A stretch of 64,000 bases of DNA from the human T2T-CHM13v2.0 reference genome, Homo sapiens, in the NCBI RefSeq assembly GCF_009914755.1, contig NC_060936.1; one strand, 5' to 3'. The translations under genes were made by a program, and so were the position numbers. Shown in pieces: positions 53,541 to 64,000 of the stretch (the first letter of the stretch is position 1; each line of letters starts with the position of its first letter). The notes beneath the pieces are model-generated. The model saw nothing but the letters and a program-made list of their open reading frames with translations. It was not told where the DNA came from and did not search any database.

Positions 53541-53893
53541 ATAATAAAGACAATTGTTTATAAGAAAAGGTTAATAGTATTCAAAAATCATGGGAAAGTA
53601 CACATGCTGATCCCAAAAATACCAAACTCTGTTTAATCCCGCATTGAAGAGAGAGAGTCAAGCCCTAAGGAATGAGCAAGTGAGGGCTATAGGGCCCAGG
53701 CAGAATTCATTATGGGTGCCCAGATCCATGAAGGGCAGGCTCCAAAGTGACTAGTTAGGTATTGACTTGCTTGCTCTCTCCAGTTCGCACTCATCCTCTC
53801 TCTTTACGTCGCTCTAGCCTCATCACATCTGTTACTTGCTCAAAGCTTTCATTCTGGTGTCTCTAACTCCAGCATTGAATCCCTCTCTCCACC

Positions 53894-54165
53894 TTTTTTT
53901 TTTTTTTTTTTTTTTTGAGATGGAGTCTCACTGTGTCACCCAGGCTGGAGTGCAATGTCACGATCTTGGCTCACTGTAACCTCCGTCTCCTCCACTCAAG
54001 GAATCCACCCACCTCAGCCTTCTGAGTAGCTGGGACCACAGGCACATGCCACCACACTCAGCTAATTTTTTTGTATGTTTTTGTAGGGATGGGGTTTCAC
54101 CATGTTGCCCAGGCTGATCTCAAACATCTGAGCTCAAGTCATCTGATCACCTTGGCTTCTCAAAG
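53894..54165 (-). mobile_element. AluJ, ~35 bp 5' truncated
   Basis: Poly-T then J-type dimer ending at ttctcaaagt; TSD-like cctctctcc. Confidence 0.9.
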
Positions 54166-54657
54166 TCCTCTCTCCTTATAGTTGGGCAGAAGACCTTGGA
54201 TGCATGTGTGGGAGCAGCCAAACTGTTTCTTCTTCCAGCTTCTGGAGAACCTTGGCACAGAAATGAATGTGTAGGCCCAGACATGCTGCTTTTGTCTTTC
54301 GGTCTCACCACCCCTCTCAGAATCTTCTCTCCAGGTTGATGGTAGCCTCTGGTTGCTCCATGGGCTCAGTGAAAACTTCCTCTGGACTGTGGTCCCTGGG
54401 TCCTGAGAGTATGAATTCTGTCTCGGACCACATAGTTCCTAGAGAAGTAGTGCCTTCCTCCAGTAATGCCAAGTTCCCCAGAGAACCTCTGGCCATTGAT
54501 GTTATGGTCTAAGGGACACTGGAAGAAGTGGGGGTGGGAAGGAGAGAGATAACATGTGTTGAGAGGAGGAGAACAGATAATGACATAGAGGCATTTGAAG
54601 ACAGGAAGTCCCTAGGGCAAGGTCTGATTCGCTCAAGTGCATTGGTGACCATCAGAG

Positions 54658-54900
54658 ACAGTATAGCACAGCGGTTGCAAGCCCAGGCAATGGAACTAGG
54701 ATTCAAATCCCAGTACCATTTCTCGGGTGTGTGACCTTTGGCAAGTTATTTGTTCCTCTGTGCCTAATTTTCATCATCTGAAAAATGGAGGTAACTGCCC
54801 TTATAGGGTTATGGTGAGGCATTTTTAAGAAGCAGAAAGTAAATGTTAAGGCATGTATGCTATTACCAGTAGCCCCAGGGTCAAGTGCATGCTCAGTTCA
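54658..54900 (+). mobile_element. MIR SINE
   Basis: acagtatagcacagcggtt..ggattcaaatcccag..tgtgtgacctttggcaagtta. Confidence 0.85.
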
Positions 54901-56608
54901 CTCTTCTTATGAAGTGCCTTGCACTAGTTTGGGGGTCAAAATATTGTCTATCTTTGGGTAAAGTTATTACACTTGGATTTTTAGGGAGTGTAGGTAGCAT
55001 CTATTTGTTTCCTGTTCTATACATACTGTTACTGTAAAATGCTGCTTCTCAGGTTTCCGTCTCATGAAATATTTGTCCTATATGCAATACATATTTAACA
55101 TATATTGGGGGGGAGGGTCCCACACACTGGAAGCCTTAAATTGTAGCATCTCTAATAACAAAAGGCTTTAAGGCATTTTCCTTTAGAACAACATGTGCAT
55201 ATTTTCTATGAACCAAATGCTTTCCTTCATGATTTTCTTTTCTGGTAATATCTGTCTCCTCCACAACCATCTCCCAAGTCCTTAATCCTAAGTACTAAAT
55301 ACCATATTTAATAGTGTTCCATGAAGGTTGAGCATCCTTGGTTTTATATTTATTCTACTGAGAACTATCATTTAGGTCTTATTGGTGAACATAAGGATGA
55401 CGAAGTAGACTTTAGGAGAAATTCTTACTTTCTACTTCCTCTTCCTCTGTGCCTTTTGCAAGGAGTTTTCTTGTTGGTTAGATATATTTTTTAAAAATAC
55501 CATAGCTTAGAATAATCTTTTTGTTTGCTATTTTGCACAGTTTTGGAAATGTTGAAATTGGGTGTGATGTGTGGAGGACTAGCTCTCTGGGGCTGCCTGG
55601 AGAGTGTGAGAATGTTTAGGGGCACTGCATTATTTGCTAGCCTGCCTGCCTACTTGACCTGATGCGTTGGCATCTGAGAGAAATGAATCTCAGAAGAGAA
55701 TTTATTTGGGTCACCATAGCAACAGGAGAGGGTGTGCGGCGATCGGTCTGGAAGCCTATAAAGAATGCACACAAGTCAGTATGACAACTGCAATACCTAC
55801 ACTTAAGCTCTCTGAGTTGAAATGTTTCAGGGAAAGTCTAATATTTAACTTTTCCAGTGGCATTCAAACTTTTCTTTGGCCATTGGTGGTTAATGTGGCA
55901 TGACTCAAACTTTGATGTCTGATATCTTTTTAAGAAGTTCAATTCCTACAGGAATTCAGTGACTTACATTTTGAGTCATAATACTCCTGTGGCAGTCTAG
56001 TAGGAATAAACTTTTTTTTCTAATTATCTTGTTCTATCTTTTTGGCTTCTGACTAATAAAAAAAATGTTCTTTTACCGATGTGTACTAACACTGGGTGTC
56101 CTTCTTTATCATTCCATTACTGAGCTGAACATTTTAAATGCCATTTAGAAGTACATTATATTGAGCTGCTCACAAAGAAATGTCTTTCATGTTGGGATTC
56201 AATATGGGAATTTAATTCAGCCCTGTACTGAGATACTGGAAAGATTAACAGATTATGGAATGAGAATGGAAATTTAAATGACAGATCAAAGAGAGTTGAG
56301 TAGGCTGTCATCTTCTCTTCCTCAACTAAGAGACAGATGAGTGAAATAAAGCACACGTATTTGAAAAAGGACAGATATAAAAGTACATTACACACTTTTG
56401 TTTGAAGTCTCCACACTAGAACCTGTGTGTTGGAATCTGTAAATGTGTGGCAATATGGAAAATATGGAGGTACAAGCCGACTGTCCTCTTCCCACCCATG
56501 ATATGTTCTTACTCTGTCCCAGACCCAATCTTTTTCTTGCTCTTTTTCCTGCTTCAAATTCTGTAGTTCTCATGTGGAGCCTACTCTTAGTTCCTTCTAG
56601 GCATTGAG

Positions 56609-56714
56609 TAGGGTGGCCAACTGTCCCATTTTGCCTGGGACTATCACATTTTTAGCACTGAAGGTCTTGTGCAACTCCTCAGTCCCAGGCAAACCAGACA
56701 GGTTGGTTCCCCTC
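56609..56714 (+). mobile_element. MER81 hAT-Blackjack MITE
   Basis: tagggtggccaactgtccc..tttagcactgaa..cctcagtcccaggcaaacc..ggttggttcccct; self-complementary ends. Confidence 0.8.
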
Positions 56715-56806
56715 ATACTAAGTGTTCTTTGCACATTCCTCCTTGCTTTCCATGTTCTATTTCCCATCACCACTCTGTTCTCTGCCACTTATGATTTGCA
56801 AGTGGT

Positions 56807-57011
56807 CCAGACATGCACTGTACTATATCTTAGCCACTAGCTACATGTGGCTATTTAAATTTAAAATAATTGAAATTAAATAACATTTAAAATGCAGTTC
56901 CTCAGTCTCTCTAGCCAAGTGCTCAATAGCCTCATGTGGCTAGTGGCTACACTATTGGGCAGTGCAATACAGAGGATTTCTTAGAACATTCTAGTGGACA
57001 GTGCTGGTCTA
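56807..57011. mobile_element. MER3-like hAT-Charlie element
   Basis: tagccactagctacatgtggctatttaaattt..caagtgctcaatagcctcatgtggctagtggctac..tggacagtgctggtcta. Confidence 0.8.
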
Positions 57012-57444
57012 TGTAATAGCTCCTGAGAGAAGGGGTTGGGCAGTGGCAGGAACACACAGGCAAAGTTTCCCTGTAATTTATGACTTAGATATAATGTTAG
57101 CTGGAAATGTGAAATGCCAAAGAACCAAGTCATCTTTAGGTTCCATTTTCTTTGAATTTCTCCTTATACTCGTTATGGAACATGCAATAAGGCTATCTGT
57201 CACCTTTATTGAGCCATTTGTCAAACAGGTATTGAACACTTGTGCTGGGGATATTATGACGTATTATGGTGTCTGCCTTCTAGTAACTTATAGTCTAAAA
57301 TGGGAAGAAGAGGAGTTGTAATAGTTATCACATAATTAGACTCTTCACAATGTACATAGGAGGGGTTGATTAGCAATTGAGCTTGGTGGTCAGAGAGAGC
57401 TTTGTAGAGGGGATAATGATGATGCAAGGAATTGAAGAAGCAGA

Positions 57445-58770
<1,326 letters not shown>

Positions 58771-58779
58771 GTACCAAGA

Positions 58780-59260
58780 AGGAAGGGTACATGAGACACA
58801 GAATGTGGAAAGCATAGAGATTACAGTGGCATAGTAGGATTAGTGAACCACAGGTTTTCTGGAACTGTAGGAGTTAAAATGGTGGTAGAAGGTGGTGATG
58901 CTAGGGGTGTATGGTGAGTGGGGAGTTGAGAAGGAAGAAGTGTCTGAAAGTAAGAGAGATTGAGGGGAAAGTTGAGGTACTTATGGGTGGTGCCTACCAA
59001 AGAGTGGAGACATTGTTCTGCAAGTGATGGAAAGTTGTTGAAGTTTTTTAAACAGAGGAAGGAGGAGACTAGACATGCAGTTTGCAAAGGTCCCAACCCA
59101 GTGGCTGGGAGGATGCATTTGAGATTGACAGCATCTGAAATATGAGGAGACCTATAAGGAGATAATGAATTCAAGAGATTTTAAGAGGTTTAAAAAGAAA
59201 AGGAGAATTTGGTGGCTAGTTAGGTGTGGGAAATGAGTGAAAGGAAGAAGTCCCGTGTGA
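58780..59260 (-). mobile_element. L2 fragment
   Basis: gtgatggaaagttgttgaagttttttaaacagagg..tggtggctagttaggtgtggg. Confidence 0.6.
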
Positions 59261-60139
59261 TAATCAACATATTAGTTAACCCAATGTACTTGAAAAAAAT
59301 ATACAGAGTTAAATTTGGGGGCTAATTTCAGACAGTTTTCCCTGCCTCTAGATGTCACAAAAGATATGCCATTATTCTTGATGGCTAATCTGTTGTAAAC
59401 TCAGATGGAGCTTTAATTTTTTAAAAATAGAATGTTCCTATGATATGGAGAAAGAACAAGGGAAAATTTGAGAGTGGAATATGGTAGAAAGTTTAACATC
59501 ATTCTGTTATTCTAAGTTATTGCTTTGTCTCTGGAAAAGTAATAAAAGCTTATTTCCTTTATAACTTCATCTGTGTACCCAAGGCTGTCACATTAACCCC
59601 ACATTAGTATTAGATTTTAATAACGGACAACATGGCAGGAAGAAAGTTGTTTGCTAAATCTAGAGAGTAGGCCATATAATTTAGTTTTTGGAGGGTTTCA
59701 AATATTGTTTTTATTTTTTCATTGTCTTGAAAATGATATTTGACTTTGTCAAATAACTGCAACAAAAAACAAAGGCTGTGTTCAAATAGTACTTGGAAGA
59801 TGTTGCTAAACAACATAAGCAGAGATCTTACCGGTTTCTTTACTGTTTTACTTTACAGGTTTACTTACTAGTAGCATTTTGTAGCCAAAATAGAGGTGGA
59901 TTTCCTGATTAGAACAGAGTTCCTTGGGGTCATCTCTGGGTTGTCCAAGACATATCTAAGAGGATCGTCTTCTCTGGTGTGCTCTTTTCCTTTCTCACAT
60001 CCTCCTTACTTAATGAGATTGGTGATTGCTTTATGTGACCTCTTGTAATGCTTGAGACTCCAATGACTAATGAGCTTTGGTCCTCAGCCCAGAGCTGTCT
60101 TCTGCCACTCATTCATTTGGATGGTGTCTTAGCATTCTT

Positions 60140-60464
60140 TTTCTTTTTTATTTATTTATTTTTTTGAGATGGAGTCTTGCTCTGTCTCCCAGGCTGGAGT
60201 GCAGTGGCACAATCTTGGCTCACTGCAAGCTTCAGCTCACTGCAAGCTCCGCATCCTGGGTTCACGCCATTCTCCTGCCTCAGCCTCCCAAGTAGCTGGG
60301 CCTACAGGCGCCTGCCACCACGCCCGGTTAAATTTTTTGTATTTTTAGTAGAGACAGGGTTTCACCGTGTTAGCCAGGATGGTCTCGATCTCCTGACCTC
60401 ATGATCCACCCGCCTCAGCCTCCCAAAGTGCTGGGATTACAGGCGTGAGCCACTGCGCCCAGCC
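60140..60464 (-). mobile_element. AluY with a 17-bp-period internal duplication
   Basis: gctcactgcaagct at 60218 and 60235; TSD ttagcattctt. Confidence 0.95.
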
Positions 60465-60754
60465 TTAGCATTCTTCTTCTGAGAGCCTCTTCCCTTGCTG
60501 CTCCGTCTGTAGGGACCAGGTTTCCCTCCCTAGGCAATTCAAGCCCAGATATTTCCAAGGATAGAGGAACTCTCCTTTAATATCACCACTTCCCACCTCC
60601 CATCCCAGGATGTAAGTATGTCACTCCCAAGACCGTTAGTATTGTTTATTTCACGTTCATTTTGCTTCTTGGCTCTGGGAGAAGATTAGAAAAAAATGGA
60701 GAGGCATGGAGCTGCATGTTTGTAACTTCTACAAGACTTATTGAAATGTGAGAG

Positions 60755-61094
<340 letters not shown>

Positions 61095-61314
61095 TCAAAA
61101 TGTCATGTGAAACAGAATTAAGCAACGGTCTGTGGGCTTCATTTGTCTATGCCATGCCTGCCTCCTGGTAGCAATAAGCAACGAGCACTTGCTGGATTTG
61201 CTTTGGCATTTTTCCAGGAGTGTTTTTTTGACTCCCTGATTTTAAGTGAGGTTAGTCCCTTTGTAGCCTGTTTCCCATGGCAGGCTCTTTGGACCTTCAT
61301 TAGTACTGCAATAT

Positions 61315-61580
61315 GATATTAACAGCTAATGTTTTGTGTTGCTTCCTGTGTGCCAGGCCCTGTGCTAAGTACTTTACATTCATTATTTCTTTTAGTCTTT
61401 AATATAACCTAAGGATGTATGTACAGTTATTACCTATACTTTACAGGTGAGCAAGCTGAAATTCAAAGAGGTTGAGGGATTTATACAAAGTCAGCCAGTA
61501 AAAAGTGGAGAAGCTGGGATTCCAATCAAGGGGGGCCTGGCTCTAGAAACCATGCTCTTAATAGCATCATGCAAGTATTA
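61315..61580 (-). mobile_element. MIR SINE
   Basis: acagctaatg..tgtgtgccaggccctgtgctaagtactttaca..ttttacaggtgag..gctgggattc. Confidence 0.8.
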
Positions 61581-63197
61581 CTTTCCCTGCCAGCCACCAG
61601 CTGTTCACATATATACCTTGCTTTGCTAGGAAGCACCACATCTAGTAATAAAGTCTGTAGAGCAGTCACTTAGTATGTAGGATTTTGGAGAAACCAGACT
61701 TTCTGTTCCATTAGACATGACGGACATCCAAATCCCACTATTCATGGTTCCCAAAATGCTCCTCAGAATCTTAGAAAAAACGACAACTCAGCACCTAAGT
61801 ATTACACTTCCACAAGAGTAACTTTGTCTTTATAAGACATTGCGGTAGCAGTAGCTCAAACTCTATGAGGAGCAAGGCATCATTTTTATCATTCCCATTT
61901 TTGTAGACAGAAAAAGGAAACTGAGAAAGTTAAGTGACTTCCCTAAGGTTGAGCTGCAAGTCTTCAGAGGTGACAAAAAAGGTGTTGAGAAGATAAAGAA
62001 ATCTCAACTTTTTTGCAAAGTCTCCTAAGTTTGTGGCTTATAGGATTCTCCTCGTGTCTTCAGGTTATATAAAGCCCCTGCAATGGTCTGAGATGACCTC
62101 TCTTTTTTCCCTGGGAGGGCTCATGCAGCGGCAGCAACAAGTTTTTGTGAGGGCCCAAGTTTGTCGATTCATTTAATGACTGTCTTTTGTTGTGGTTCTT
62201 TCCACTCAGGAAGGGCTCTCCCTTTTTCTTCGGTGCTTATTCAGTCATACCTCCTGTTTGCTGCTGAGAAAGGCCACAGAGTATTTTTATTCTGGTCATC
62301 CTCTCATTACCCTTCTATAAAGCAGCCACAGGCACGGCGTAGGTAGCGTTTATAGTGGTTTTTAGTAGAGTTGGCATTCCTTTCTGTTTTTCCAAAACAC
62401 AGCTAAGAAAAATCTCCTGGTAGTCAGAGAGAATGGAAGCTGCTCACCCACAGGTCAAATCCTATTACAAAGAATGCTGCTACTGCTGACATCTCTGTAT
62501 GATGAAAAGGATTTTCAGCCATAGCACCCATCTTTCAGAAAGCAACATGAGACCGATTTACGCCTTCCAGCTGCTGTTTCATCTCCGTCCTTTCATCTTA
62601 ATCACTTCTGGAGCACTATGCCATCTTAGCATTCGAAATTCCCAGAGACCCCTTTCAGAATAGCTCTTATTTCTCCAAATTACACAGAGCTCCACAGAGC
62701 CCAGCCCCCTTTACCAAGACTGTTGAAGGCTCCCTGACTGTCAGATCCAAAGGCTGCTTCTCAGCCACTGCAATGCTTCTGGTGCTGCAACCTACACCTT
62801 TATCCTTAACTAGCAAACTCTCTGAGGACCCAACACAATGCCTGGTACATAATAGGAGCACAGCGAGATCACCCACTCTGACTTGGGCCTCTGAGGAATG
62901 GGCTGCCTATTATTTCTCTGACAACTCCTCTGTACCTCCCGTTTCCCACTTAAATACTTTGTGCAGCTTTAGCCTGAGTTTCTAAACTTTCCATCTCTAT
63001 TTGCGTTCTCTCTGTCTCCTGATTAATCATCTACACCCTCTGGCTTACAATTTCATCTCTTTCAGCCTCTACAATTACATACTTACTCCAGCCCCTGTGA
63101 TGTTCCTCATCCCTAATCCTCTCCACACACAGGAACACCCACAGACTAAATATTCTTGGGTATTGCTTCCAACAAAGGACTTAAAAGTTTTCTTCCA

Positions 63198-63492
<295 letters not shown>

Positions 63493-63609
63493 ATTCTTCT
63501 CTTTAGGCGGTGATTTGAAACTTTGTTCACGTGTTTTCCTCTTCTGTTTACAGAAACATATAATGGATTGACCAATTCCCAATGGCTTTGCCCTTCCAAC
63601 CACTTATAC

Positions 63610-64000
<391 letters not shown>

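Noticed and set aside
53223-53636. 137-aa Ile/Tyr-rich ORF
   Set aside because: An artefact of the TA/CA microsatellite.
62499-62505. ATGATGA C-box (snoRNA candidate)
   Set aside because: No suitably placed D box with a terminal stem.

Overview
Primate genomic DNA, most likely human or another hominoid given the AluY and L1PA3-type elements. It is AT-rich and intronic or intergenic. I recognise no host protein-coding exon, RNA gene, CpG island or CRISPR array. Roughly half or more of the window is interspersed repeat. It holds 17 Alu-family elements, a ~5.5 kb L1PB1 nested in an L1MC1, a 1 kb L1PA3-type 3' end, old L1M/HAL1 relics, and many L2 and MIR fragments. It also holds MaLR/ERVL solo LTRs, a full-length decayed HSMAR2 mariner, Tigger1/MER DNA transposons and a CR1/L3 reverse-transcriptase relic. 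Every ORF I can assign to a protein family is transposon-derived. I cannot support a new multi-gene system. The best leads are three. First, an apparently non-coding minus-strand exon / 82-nt intron / exon + polyA architecture at ~31.2-31.65 kb. Second, several locally templated insertion or fold-back scars (2.7, 43.1, 48.0 and 53.5 kb) that resemble polymerase-theta or template-switch repair. Third, repeat-poor blocks that look like enhancers. Subfamily names come from recalled consensus sequences. Boundaries of old repeats are approximate and need RepeatMasker/Dfam confirmation.
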